Shown: positions 1-9,944 of the stretch, piece after piece
Layout: every line of letters starts with the position of its first letter
How positions within the stretch are numbered: position 1 is the first letter of the stretch
Origin: Candidatus Poseidoniaceae archaeon
GTDB lineage: Archaea; Thermoplasmatota; Poseidoniia; Poseidoniales; Poseidoniaceae
Assembly (NCBI GenBank): GCA_943788655.1
Contig: CALSRB010000005.1
Location: 258,502-322,501, forward strand
Length of the DNA: 64,000 nt
Direction: 5' to 3'
The notes under the pieces: model-generated
What the model was told of the DNA's origin: nothing
Database searches by the model: none
Seen by the model: the letters and a program-made list of their open reading frames with translations, nothing else
Translations under genes and position numbers: made by a program

Positions 1-619
1 GCGTTGGAGCCATTGGAACACTTGCCGAGGCTGCAACACCGCTTGCCAATGTAGGGACAGGAAGTGCGTGGCCCGCAACATCGAGAGCAGCCTCCAATTC
101 TTCTGCCACCGTTAGCAACGATGCTTTGTTCGCCTCTGGTTGGGCTAGATACGATTCGACAGTCGTGAGGTAGCGTGTAACTTCCCCTTTCCCTCCTGTT
201 GCATAAGCAACGGCTAACAGTTTCAGCAGTTTCATTGGATCGGCGAGGGTTGTGAGCTTTGCCAACTCTTGTTCGCTGAGCGATGGAGTGTTGCCTGAAC
301 TGTCACCTGCAGAATCAGGAGTTCCAAGGTAATGCGACAGAGGATCTGGCATGGTCATGATGCCCAAATGGCCAGCAACGAGGTAGTAAATTTCTCCACC
401 CTCGCACTGAATTCGCTCGCTTGCTGCATTGAAATCAAACTCTCCCGGGAGCAGGACAATGTCAGAGAGAACTTCGAAGAACTTCTCCATGGCTTCAAGG
501 CGATCCATTGCCATCAATGTGTGAACCATGTCGGAAGATTCAGTGATACCGAAATAAGCAGCAGCATCGTCAACATCGATGCCATCGGGCAGTGATTCTC
601 CAGGCAATTCATCGACCAT
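1..619 (-). CDS. Hypothetical acidic protein, partial (runs off the left edge)
   Basis: Manual translation from ATG at 619 gives MVDELPGESLPDGIDVDDAAAYFGITESSDMVH..., open to position 1. It is absent from the ORF track because there is no stop in the window. Confidence 0.75.
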   Translation of the reverse strand, partial: MVDELPGESLPDGIDVDDAAAYFGITESSDMVHTLMAMDRLEAMEKFFEVLSDIVLLPGEFDFNAASERIQCEGGEIYYLVAGHLGIMTMPDPLSHYLGTPDSAGDSSGNTPSLSEQELAKLTTLADPMKLLKLLAVAYATGGKGEVTRYLTTVESYLAQPEANKASLLTVAEELEAALDVAGHALPVPTLASGVAASASVPMAPT

Positions 620-700
620 GATTCAACCGCCTACGCCTTGCCCACCTCTGTGTGGTTCTTGAGGATGATGCCACCCTTCGTTTGATGAATCGCCATTGTT

Positions 701-3700
701 TCATCGACTCCTTCCGAGGTCATAGATGGCACGTGATTGAGGTGCTGACCAGCCCGTTTCCTGCAATTGCATGAGGATGCTTCGTTCCTGTTCCTGATCG
801 TCGATGGCGCTTCGCACCCAGTCGGCTGCAGATTCACGGTCGTCCGCTTGCCAGTCTTCGAAGATGCTGAGGTCAATCTTGATTCTTGCTTTACGAACCT
901 TCGCCGAACCGTCTTCTTCTGGTGTTTCTTCGACGGCGACTTTCGAGGCCACCTTGGCTGCGGACACCTTACTCGGGCCCGAGCGGTTTCGTGGTGGACC
1001 AGAGGGGGCTTTGGATTGAGGCGGTCCTGATGTCGGACCTCGACCAGGTGGGCCACCGCTGGGTTTACCAGGCCCTCTTCCAGCAGGCCCTCGTCCCTTT
1101 GGCCCACCTGTAGGGGCTGGACTTGGTCGAGGTTTGCTTTGCTGCGGAGAAGCACGCGTTGATGGGAAGGAAGAAGAAGATGAACCATAATTGTCATCAT
1201 CATCATCCCAGTCATCATCGTCATCATCATCGTAATCGAATTCGTCACTTCTAACCAAGCGGCGGATAACAACCAGAAGCACCACGACGCCAATCAGTGC
1301 GCCAGCGCCCGCTAGAGCAGCGGTGTTTGGAGAAAGGCCGAACAATCCAGACGAGGTTTCATCGTCACTCGCAGATGCAATTGGGCATCCGTCATCATAC
1401 CCGTTCTCGCCAGCAGGCTCATTCGGGCAATTGTCATCATAATCGACGACGCCATCATTGTCAGCGTCACTCTGGGTTGGATCGCAACCGTTTTCATCGA
1501 CGGCGGTCTTGTAGCCAGGTTCTGTCTCAGGGCATAGATCTGGGTACGTTCCCGAAGCGTTGTCTCCATATCCATCTCGATCATAGTCTTCCCATTGGGT
1601 TGGGTTGCCTGCCAAACCTGTTGGTTCGAACAAGTCACGGTACCCGTCACCATCATCGATGCAACCTAAGAAATCAATGAATGAAGTCCCATTTTCAATT
1701 GGGCAGTCATCTGCATTTTGTCCATCGATGTTGTCGCCATAGCCATCACCATCTTGGTCAAACCACTGTGTGGCATCGGTCGGGAATGCATCTCCAGTTT
1801 GGTTTTCACGAAGACCGGAGGTGGCGTTCACAGAGTAGGTGTATGTACCCTTGTAACCATCGCCATCGAGGTCCTGCTCCAGTGCTGTTTCATCGGTACA
1901 GCCGGTGACGTCAACAGGGAAGCCTGCTGGTGTGCTTGGGCAAGCATCGTCTGCGTCGCTCACCCCATCGTCATCGCTGTCCAATTGTGCGGTTGAACAT
2001 CCATTCGCGTCGACTTCGGTTTCCACAGTAAGCGGACACAAATCAACAGGGTCGAACACACCATCACCATCAGAATCTGTTTCGCGCTGGGCTTCACTGC
2101 ATCCAATTGCATCCACGGCATCTTGGTACTCGGTTTGTGGACATTGGTCCATGTCATTCATCACGCCATCTTGGTCGTCATCGAGTTGGTTGTCAGCACA
2201 TCCTGCTTGATTGACCGTGAGTCCTGCGTCGGTGTTCGGACATGTGTCTTGTTCATTTGAGACAAAATCACCATCGTCGTCAGTGTCATCGATAAACCGA
2301 CATCCAATACCGGTTTCACCACCGATTGGCACTGTGCCTTCGAGCACACCAGCAATCGCGGTGCATTCATCTGCTTGGTAGCCTTCAGGGTTGTCTCCAA
2401 ATCCATCACCGTCGAAGTCGAGCCACTGAGTCGGTTCGAGAGGGAAGGCATCGGAGGAATCCTCCCATCCGTCGCCATCGGCGTCAGGGCATCCAAAGAC
2501 AGGGTTGGTGGAATTGCCCCAAACACCAGGGCATCCATCGAGTTCCAATCCGGCACCATTGTTGGTCATATCTTCATCTGAAAGGTTATAGAACGAAGTC
2601 CAACGGTCAGGGTGCCCATCACTGTCGTTATCTTCTGCTGCTGCGATGTCGTCAGGGAACATATCTGGGTTTGTCGCTCCTTGAGAGCTGTTATCACCAT
2701 AGCCGTCCCCATCGGAATCCGTCCATTGTGTTGGATCAAGTGGCCACATATCGGCACCCATGGATTCGTTCCACTCAAGGAAATCTCCAATGTCTGAGGG
2801 GTCCGAAGACCCGTCGAGGTCAGTATCTAAACAACCATTGCGGTCTCGCCATGAAGCACCCCAGTCCCATGGGCATGCATCCCCCGTCACGGTGTCTGAT
2901 TCGTTATCACCCCAACCATCACCGTCGTAATCGGCGTATTGAGATGGGTTGAACGGGAACAAGTCGCCAGTAGGGTTGTTTGGATCGAGGGGTGTTGCGC
3001 AGCAATCAGGCCCTGAATTGTCGCCGTAACCGTCCCCATCAGAATCCTTGGATTGCTTCCAGTTTAGAATGAACACATCGCCGTCGTAAAACGAGACATC
3101 GTTGTCAGACCAGCCGTCCTGATCAAAGTCAATGCAGCCCAGACGACCAAGCCATGAAGTTCCAGCTTCATCTTGGCAAGCATCATCCGTGTCCGCATAA
3201 CCATCGGAATCGAAATCAGAGCAACCATATGTGTAGTAGGCGGATGTGGCGGGGACTGTCGAGCAATCATCTGCCATTGGACCGTCGGGGTTATCGCCGT
3301 AATTGTCAGAATCGCTGTCTGCCCATTGATTGCCCAATGCAGGCAAATCATCAACGAGGTCAAACACAAGATCTCGGTCTGTGTCCTGATAAATTCTCAT
3401 TACGCTCACATCGTCGAGTGTGTCATCCCAAACGCCGAGATGGATGGTCCCATTGCCGTCTGTTTGTGCGTTGGTTTGACTTCCAGCCGTTTTGTAGCCA
3501 AACGAAAGGGTCGACCATGATGTGCTGTTCATGGAGGCAGCGTCTTTGGCAATCGCGTTCCATGTTAGGACGTTGTCAGAGCCTGTGCTGGTCATGAGAA
3601 GGTAATGCGCATCCATCACGATAAGATCCCAAGCGCCTTCCAAGTTCGATTCAGGTTGTGCTCCAAAGGCCACCCATTCGCTGCTGTTGGTGCGGGTGTA

Positions 3701-6700
3701 AATCGAAGGTGTCGGCGTGTTGCTGCGCAAAGCGAGCGTCGGCTCACTTCCCCCAACGAGATCGAGGTTGTATTGCGCCATTGAGCCCGCAGGTTGGGGA
3801 ACGACTGCGCTTGTCCAGTTGGTGTCGTTCGCACTGCGCTCATGAATCGAAAGGACACCCGTGCTTGTGAGGGTGGCTGCAATGATTGAACCGTTATCGG
3901 TCACTGAGAGGCGGAGATCAGAGGAAAGGTCAGTCAAACCAGTGATGTTGTGCAATTCAGTCGAAGTTGAGTTGATGACCCAAAGAGCGAGGTTTGCGTC
4001 AACACCGTCATCGTTGATGACCAAGACTCCAAGGGAACCATCGTGAAGATAGGCGGCTGATTGTTGCTCTGAAACGACTGCCATGGATGCTCCAGAGGCG
4101 AGTGGAGAGGGGTATTCGATCGCCCATGTGGTCCCACCAGCTGGTTGTCGGGCGAGTTCCAACGAATCGTTTCCAGCATTGCGATAAATCAACACCGTCT
4201 CGTTGTTGGATGATTCAAGACCTTGAGCCATGACGGACACTGGGCCATCGAGCAAGAGTTGAGATCGCACGAGGGAAGTGGTCCACCCAGTTTCGGATTC
4301 AATCGAGGTGAAGAGTTGGTCGGTTCCAATCGAGGCGAAGGCAAGGCGCTGTTGGCCCGAAGTATCAAGCGTCATGCCCAGATGCTCGCCGAATTGCCCC
4401 GTTGTAACAATTGATTGCTCAACCGCAGTGTAGCCCACGATTGTTCGATGCGTAAGACCGGTTTCGCCATCGGCTTGGTAGATGACAGGCCGTCCAGATG
4501 CCGTGGTTGTGAATGCGTATTCTCGGGTTTCGTCACTGCTCTCGACCACGATGGTCTCGCTCCAAACGCCAGCAGGTGTGGCATCGTCCACGTGCTCAAT
4601 GAAGTGGGATGCGTTGTTGGAGAAAGTGACAAACATGCTTGTTTCGCCACGGGCAGAGGTGCTGAGTTCTAACTGAGTGAGGCTGGACGAGTAGGTGAAG
4701 ACGGATGACTCCCAGTCTCTTTCCGAATGAATTTGGTAATTGAGGGTGTGGGATTCGGCGCTCATGTCCCGGCGGCTCAGAACGAGCTCGCTGAGTCCGT
4801 CACCGTCCAAATCACCTTGAGTGGCGGCCAAAAGGCCAATGTTTTCGCCGGTTTGGCCAGTCGCTAAAAGTTCCCAATCCGATCGCAATCCGATCGAGGA
4901 ACCTAGGATCAATTCCACTTGCCCGCTGTTTCCAGGGTTGGCTTGCATCATGAGCACATCATCGTATCCGTCTTCATTAACGTCGCCTGCAGGCTCAAAG
5001 GAGCGCCCAAGGACGGCGTTAGCCACCCCTGAGGAAAGGGTGTAATCGGGTTCTGCTGAGGAGGCAATCCCCTCAGAAGATCCATAGTAGGCCCAGACCT
5101 TACCGCTTCGGTATCCTGTACCGTTGAATGGTTCACCGAACATGAAATCATCAAAGCCATCTCCGTTGACATCGCCGAGGTAGTTTAACGACCAGCCAAG
5201 GAGTTTACCTTGCAAGTTTGATTGAATGCGTTGGTCGCATGTACCGTTGTAGCCCGTGGCTTGTCCAAAGAAAATCTCCACTGCCGAATACCCAAGTGGG
5301 CTAGGGAAACTTCCTGTGTTGGCGACAAGCAAATCACTCATTCCATCCCCATTCAGATCGCCGTTTGCGGCAATGGTTTGACCGAAACGAGGGCCATCCG
5401 TGCTTTGAGTGATGTTTCGAACGAAATCGAGACCAGAGGTGTTTCCACTGAAAATTTTGAGTTGGCCGTTGTTCTGAATGGTTTCAGTCACATCTTCGAC
5501 GTAAGTGTATGCAACCGCCACCAAATCGGACATTGAATCGTTGTTCATGGTTTCTGAAGCAGCAAGCGACCAACCGAGGGAGGTGCTGTCTTCTCCAGTC
5601 ACATTCCACCACGATGAAGTTTCGAGTCCCGAAGCGTTGCCGAGGTGAATGACAATCCGACCTGGTGCTCCTGTATAGGCTTCATCGGTGTCGTTCCAGC
5701 CAGGCGATCCGATGGCGACATCGGACAGTCCATCTCCGTTGAAATCGGCAACTGATAACCCGTGGCCAAACATCGCCCCGTCCATGTCGCCTTCAAGTGT
5801 GACATCTGCAACGAGCGAGGCTCCACTGGTTGAACCGTAATGGATGAGCACTCGTCCCATTTCTGCCCCTGTGCCGTCATAAGATGGTTCTGCAATCACA
5901 AGATCATCGAAACCGTCACCGTTCAAATCACCCATTTCAAGCGCCCCCTCATCGGCGCCTTGAGCCCCAATGATGGTGTGTGAAGGAGTTGGATTAATCC
6001 GACCGGTTTCTTGGCCTGAAAGACTTCGTAATAGCTGCAACGTCACATTCTCATCTTGACCGACGGCTGTGACGATTTGCTCGAGTGAATTTCCATCAAG
6101 CCCCATGCCGAGATGTGGCACGATGTTCGCATCTCGGAGCAGCACTCGGTGATCGTACATCATTCCGTCAACTCGGATCAATCGGATTTCACCTGCATCC
6201 GGGGCGGCATAGGCAATGTGGACCACCTCATGTTCATCCACTGCCAGTTCAATGTCCCTGCTCACAGGGCCTTGGTCGAGCATGGCATGTGACCATCGAG
6301 TGCCACTGAAATCAATCTCCCACAGCGAACCATTGGTATCGCGGAACACACCCCATTCGAGTTCGTTCTGACGAAGTCCAAGGCGGAAATCAGTTGGATT
6401 GACGTCCTCAACAATCGTTCGAACAAGCCATGTGGTTTCCAGATAAACTTGCCCTGCGTACGCCACACGTGCGACTTTGATGTCCGTTCCGTCAGCGTAC
6501 ATGATGTACGGTCGGCCGTTTTCGCTGATCGCGAGGGAGCAATCCACCAAACTCTCTTCAGAAGTTGAGGCGACAGTATCGACCAGAGCATCGTTCCAGC
6601 TGCCGTTCGAGGCTTGGGTTGCATAATGCACTTCACCCTCGGCGGTCGTCCAACAAAGATTCACAGATTCTCCACGAGCAAGGACCATATCGGGCGTACC

Positions 6701-6994
6701 GGGGGTTGAATTTTCAAAAATTGAATCTGTTGATTCTACCCAAGTGTTCAATCCAGATTCATCTCGGACAACACCCTGCACCAAGCCATCGAAGTCCAAT
6801 TGAGTCCCTGCAAAGTCGTGTCCATAGCCATTCGAAAAAGGCACATATTCACTGGTTTGGAGTACAGTCTGCTCGGAATCCAACGAAGCTGTTGGCATGG
6901 AATTACCGGCCAATGGGGTCATTGATTGAATCAAAAACAAGACCGTGATGGTCAGCGCCAAAGTTGGAAAGGAGACACTGCGTTGCTCGGCCAT
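701..6994 (-). CDS. Giant cell-surface protein (about 2097 aa) with FG-GAP repeats, thrombospondin type-3-like Ca-binding repeats, C-terminal TM helix and acidic/Pro-Gly tail
   Basis: GDLNGDGFDDLVI-type FG-GAP repeats, many DxDxDGxxD repeats, signal peptide after MAEQR, TM segment AALAGAGALIGVVVLLVVI. Start moved to 6994 because GGAGG lies upstream. Confidence 0.85.
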   Translation of the reverse strand: MAEQRSVSFPTLALTITVLFLIQSMTPLAGNSMPTASLDSEQTVLQTSEYVPFSNGYGHDFAGTQLDFDGLVQGVVRDESGLNTWVESTDSIFENSTPGTPDMVLARGESVNLCWTTAEGEVHYATQASNGSWNDALVDTVASTSEESLVDCSLAISENGRPYIMYADGTDIKVARVAYAGQVYLETTWLVRTIVEDVNPTDFRLGLRQNELEWGVFRDTNGSLWEIDFSGTRWSHAMLDQGPVSRDIELAVDEHEVVHIAYAAPDAGEIRLIRVDGMMYDHRVLLRDANIVPHLGMGLDGNSLEQIVTAVGQDENVTLQLLRSLSGQETGRINPTPSHTIIGAQGADEGALEMGDLNGDGFDDLVIAEPSYDGTGAEMGRVLIHYGSTSGASLVADVTLEGDMDGAMFGHGLSVADFNGDGLSDVAIGSPGWNDTDEAYTGAPGRIVIHLGNASGLETSSWWNVTGEDSTSLGWSLAASETMNNDSMSDLVAVAYTYVEDVTETIQNNGQLKIFSGNTSGLDFVRNITQSTDGPRFGQTIAANGDLNGDGMSDLLVANTGSFPSPLGYSAVEIFFGQATGYNGTCDQRIQSNLQGKLLGWSLNYLGDVNGDGFDDFMFGEPFNGTGYRSGKVWAYYGSSEGIASSAEPDYTLSSGVANAVLGRSFEPAGDVNEDGYDDVLMMQANPGNSGQVELILGSSIGLRSDWELLATGQTGENIGLLAATQGDLDGDGLSELVLSRRDMSAESHTLNYQIHSERDWESSVFTYSSSLTQLELSTSARGETSMFVTFSNNASHFIEHVDDATPAGVWSETIVVESSDETREYAFTTTASGRPVIYQADGETGLTHRTIVGYTAVEQSIVTTGQFGEHLGMTLDTSGQQRLAFASIGTDQLFTSIESETGWTTSLVRSQLLLDGPVSVMAQGLESSNNETVLIYRNAGNDSLELARQPAGGTTWAIEYPSPLASGASMAVVSEQQSAAYLHDGSLGVLVINDDGVDANLALWVINSTSTELHNITGLTDLSSDLRLSVTDNGSIIAATLTSTGVLSIHERSANDTNWTSAVVPQPAGSMAQYNLDLVGGSEPTLALRSNTPTPSIYTRTNSSEWVAFGAQPESNLEGAWDLIVMDAHYLLMTSTGSDNVLTWNAIAKDAASMNSTSWSTLSFGYKTAGSQTNAQTDGNGTIHLGVWDDTLDDVSVMRIYQDTDRDLVFDLVDDLPALGNQWADSDSDNYGDNPDGPMADDCSTVPATSAYYTYGCSDFDSDGYADTDDACQDEAGTSWLGRLGCIDFDQDGWSDNDVSFYDGDVFILNWKQSKDSDGDGYGDNSGPDCCATPLDPNNPTGDLFPFNPSQYADYDGDGWGDNESDTVTGDACPWDWGASWRDRNGCLDTDLDGSSDPSDIGDFLEWNESMGADMWPLDPTQWTDSDGDGYGDNSSQGATNPDMFPDDIAAAEDNDSDGHPDRWTSFYNLSDEDMTNNGAGLELDGCPGVWGNSTNPVFGCPDADGDGWEDSSDAFPLEPTQWLDFDGDGFGDNPEGYQADECTAIAGVLEGTVPIGGETGIGCRFIDDTDDDGDFVSNEQDTCPNTDAGLTVNQAGCADNQLDDDQDGVMNDMDQCPQTEYQDAVDAIGCSEAQRETDSDGDGVFDPVDLCPLTVETEVDANGCSTAQLDSDDDGVSDADDACPSTPAGFPVDVTGCTDETALEQDLDGDGYKGTYTYSVNATSGLRENQTGDAFPTDATQWFDQDGDGYGDNIDGQNADDCPIENGTSFIDFLGCIDDGDGYRDLFEPTGLAGNPTQWEDYDRDGYGDNASGTYPDLCPETEPGYKTAVDENGCDPTQSDADNDGVVDYDDNCPNEPAGENGYDDGCPIASASDDETSSGLFGLSPNTAALAGAGALIGVVVLLVVIRRLVRSDEFDYDDDDDDDWDDDDDNYGSSSSSFPSTRASPQQSKPRPSPAPTGGPKGRGPAGRGPGKPSGGPPGRGPTSGPPQSKAPSGPPRNRSGPSKVSAAKVASKVAVEETPEEDGSAKVRKARIKIDLSIFEDWQADDRESAADWVRSAIDDQEQERSILMQLQETGWSAPQSRAIYDLGRSR

Positions 6995-7136
6995 AGCGTC
7001 TATACGCCCCCCCTCCTTGAAAACGCTTGTCGAATAATGACTGCTATGACCCCCGTAGGGGGTCACAATAATCCACTCGGATGCTTGTCGAAAAAAAGAG
7101 CGAGAAGTTGACAAAAGGGGGCCACCTGCTATTGCC

Positions 7137-7769
7137 ATGAGCGGAGGTCATTGGCTGATTTGTGCCGATGGCATGTGGCCAAAGAAAACCACTTGGGAGC
7201 CACTCGTGCAAGATGCAGCGGTGATCCTTGCTTGCGATGGCGCCTATCACCAGTGCCTCGAATACGGCGTCACACCAGACGCGATTATTGGAGATATGGA
7301 CAGCATTGGGAACATCGACTTACCAGAGCAGATTACAAGGGTCGAAAAGCCAAATCAAGAACAAAGCGATTTGACAAAAGCTCTGGCTTATGCCAACGAA
7401 CATTCGGCAACGAATGTTGACGTCATAGGCATCGAAGGGGGTACATTGGGTCACAAAGTCGCCCCGCTTTTTGCCTTGTACGATGCCCCTCCAAACACCA
7501 CCCTTCATTTCGAACACGGAAGGATGATGTGCGCCCGGAACGGATTCGTAGAGTTCAACTCTATAGAAATAGGAAGCCGTGTTTCGTTATTTGCAATTGG
7601 GCCTGCGAAAGGCGTTCACCTCGAGGGGTGCGACTGGCCATTGAACGACGAGGCACTCGAACCGGGCACGAGAGGATTGAACAATACATCTGCTCAACCA
7701 AGTGTCAAGCTAACTGTGGAGAATGGTGCTGTTGTGATTTGCGTTGAGCCCCTCACAATGGGCCCTTAG
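7137..7769 (+). CDS. thiN: Thiamine diphosphokinase
   Basis: ACDGA, IIGDMDSI, QEQSDLTKAL and RGLNN motifs of the TPK family. Confidence 0.9.
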   Translation: MSGGHWLICADGMWPKKTTWEPLVQDAAVILACDGAYHQCLEYGVTPDAIIGDMDSIGNIDLPEQITRVEKPNQEQSDLTKALAYANEHSATNVDVIGIEGGTLGHKVAPLFALYDAPPNTTLHFEHGRMMCARNGFVEFNSIEIGSRVSLFAIGPAKGVHLEGCDWPLNDEALEPGTRGLNNTSAQPSVKLTVENGAVVICVEPLTMGP

Positions 7770-8631
7770 GTAAGTAATCACGAATCATGGAAGAGTAATC
7801 GCCCTCTCCGTCCCACTTCATTGCATGTTCATCAACTCGAGCACGCTCGAGCGTTTGCTCAAACCCACCCCAGTCCTCAATCAAATTGAGGTTATAGGCC
7901 GCCTTTGGCGTGTAACCAGGCAGGAAATTCCTCCAAGTGAACGGCACTCGACCTGGAGTGATTCGGTTGACCATACCTACGATCGAGGTGTTACACGTGG
8001 TCAAGAAGGAGTGATACCATTCACCTTTGACAGCCAATGAATTGGCTTTGTTGGTTAATGCGTGAAGCAAGTCCTTCTCTTTGCCTGGAGGCGTGATGGC
8101 CCGGAACATGTAGTCCTTGTTACCTCGGGCATTGGTGCGCAGACCCAATAAATCCCGCTCAAAGCCAACCAATAGGTAGAGCTCAAAATGGCGCCAAAAA
8201 CCGAGCCACGGATGGTAACGCTGACCCTTTCTTCGGCGTGCCTCAAAGGAAAAGGAAAGGCATGTCCCATCATTGAATTCGAAAGTGAGGAAGGTGTGGG
8301 CCATGCCGTGAATGCTGTGGAAATGGTCGACAACAAACCACACATCTTTGATTTCATCTGCACGAACTTCAACGGTATCAGCCCATGATTCATCCCGATC
8401 CCGAGTCGATCTCCAAAAGAAATCTCGAACGTTGTTGAACCGTATGGAATCGCCGTTGACATCGGCCGTCGTCGTCCGTTCGCAATCGGAATTCCAATCG
8501 TCTTCCAATTGAGGAACCCGTGGCCGAACCCGAACCATCCAAATCAAAACTGACAGAATGAGAAAACCTACGATGCTGATGCCAATGTACCCGAGGATTG
8601 TCAACCAATCAAGTTCCATTCCATTCACCAC
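7753..8631 (-). CDS. DUF4105 (Lnb-like papain-fold) membrane-anchored protein
   Basis: N-terminal TM helix, then NVRDFFW, AHTFLTFEF, LSFSFEARR and WYHSFLTTCNT matching the DUF4105 pattern. Confidence 0.75.
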   Translation of the reverse strand: MVNGMELDWLTILGYIGISIVGFLILSVLIWMVRVRPRVPQLEDDWNSDCERTTTADVNGDSIRFNNVRDFFWRSTRDRDESWADTVEVRADEIKDVWFVVDHFHSIHGMAHTFLTFEFNDGTCLSFSFEARRRKGQRYHPWLGFWRHFELYLLVGFERDLLGLRTNARGNKDYMFRAITPPGKEKDLLHALTNKANSLAVKGEWYHSFLTTCNTSIVGMVNRITPGRVPFTWRNFLPGYTPKAAYNLNLIEDWGGFEQTLERARVDEHAMKWDGEGDYSSMIRDYLPKGPL

Positions 8632-9944
8632 TTATGCCAGATCCGTAGGTCCTGATCCCACCAATCCATCGAGCCATCTGGTTGTTGGCGCCAGAGGGTT
8701 CCGGAGTCATCGGTTGTGGTTGGCATGCCTTCTGGGTCGGGTGAGCCATCAGGAAGGATTGTTGGGGTCGGGCCTAGTGAACGAAGTCCACTGCCCTCCT
8801 CTTCATCTTTGACCCGTACGAGCATGAAGAAGACAATGAATGCTACGATGAGCCCGAGGGCGCCAATTGAATACCAACCGACGGATTCCGTTTCCGTATC
8901 TTCTCCAAAGGAACGAGTTGGAAGAGCTTCCGCTTCTTCTTTCGTTAAATCCTCGCTTGGTTGCCGGACGAGGTTGAGACCGTGAACGGTTCGAATCTGC
9001 TCATTATTGATGACTTCAAGGCTGATCAGATGAACCCCCGCAGGAAGCACGGAACAGTCGTAAGTGTTGCTTTCTGTGCCGGGCAATTGTTGACCCTGAA
9101 CCGACCAAATTTTGTCAAAGGAGGTGAAATCAACACCAGCCATGTTTGGGACCATCGTGATTAGGCACGGCGTATCTGTGGTGTTGCCATCACCACGAAC
9201 GCTTAACGAAAAGGCAGGTGCTGGTCGATTGTGAATCGTGATGTTGAGCCACGATTCAGTGGTTTGCCCCAAGTCATTGCGATAGGCTTCTTTGAGCATG
9301 TATTCACCCGCTGGCCAATGGGAACAGTTCAGTGAAGTTTGGTTATCGAGAACGGTGAACGGCGCTCCTGAGAAGGTACGAACGCCTTCTGCGGCGTACC
9401 GAGGTCCAGTTTCATCTGCAAAGAGTCGGTCAATCGTGCACGCATCCCCTGTCTCAATCAATGCTGGAGCCTCAAGATCCAAGGTGATTTGGGGTGTTTT
9501 CAGCGCGGGCCTGAGGACATATGTTGGCAATTGAATGGTGGTGATGGTCTCGCCGTTTTGGTTCACAATTTCAAGCCGAAGTGCGTGCTCGCCTTGAGCC
9601 CAAGCATCGTAAATGATGCTGGCATTTGATTGACCTGAAAAGGACATGGTGCGGCTGTCATGGACCTCCCGATCTTTGTGAACACCATACAGTCGCAGCT
9701 CGATATTGGAGAACTCATTTGTGGTGTTCATGATCACAACCACTCGAATCGCATCTGCATCGCCGTCTTGATTGAGGTCCAGCGTATCGTTGCGGAGGGC
9801 CACTAAAGCGAGGCCTTCTGCTTCCAAAGCCTCCTCCGAAGACGAGGTTTCTGCACCAACGGTTTCCACCAAACCAAGCGGAGCGCCCATGCTGGCCAAC
9901 AGCACAATCAACATCACAAGGCTGCTTCGACGTCCTTCAAGCAT
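8625..9944 (-). CDS. Secreted/membrane-anchored hypothetical protein with Trp-rich C-terminal tail
   Basis: Signal peptide, Ig-like beta-rich body, TM helix near the C-terminus. GGAGGGTGA RBS before ATG 9944, which overlaps the upstream gene end. Confidence 0.75.
   Translation of the reverse strand: MLEGRRSSLVMLIVLLASMGAPLGLVETVGAETSSSEEALEAEGLALVALRNDTLDLNQDGDADAIRVVVIMNTTNEFSNIELRLYGVHKDREVHDSRTMSFSGQSNASIIYDAWAQGEHALRLEIVNQNGETITTIQLPTYVLRPALKTPQITLDLEAPALIETGDACTIDRLFADETGPRYAAEGVRTFSGAPFTVLDNQTSLNCSHWPAGEYMLKEAYRNDLGQTTESWLNITIHNRPAPAFSLSVRGDGNTTDTPCLITMVPNMAGVDFTSFDKIWSVQGQQLPGTESNTYDCSVLPAGVHLISLEVINNEQIRTVHGLNLVRQPSEDLTKEEAEALPTRSFGEDTETESVGWYSIGALGLIVAFIVFFMLVRVKDEEEGSGLRSLGPTPTILPDGSPDPEGMPTTTDDSGTLWRQQPDGSMDWWDQDLRIWHKW

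Noticed and set aside
631-696. 21-codon ORF MAIHQTKGG... between the giant protein and the next gene
   Set aside because: No RBS, paralog or motif supports it.
1190-1240. TCA/TCG trinucleotide run resembling a microsatellite
   Set aside because: It encodes the poly-Asp stretch after the TM helix of the giant protein.
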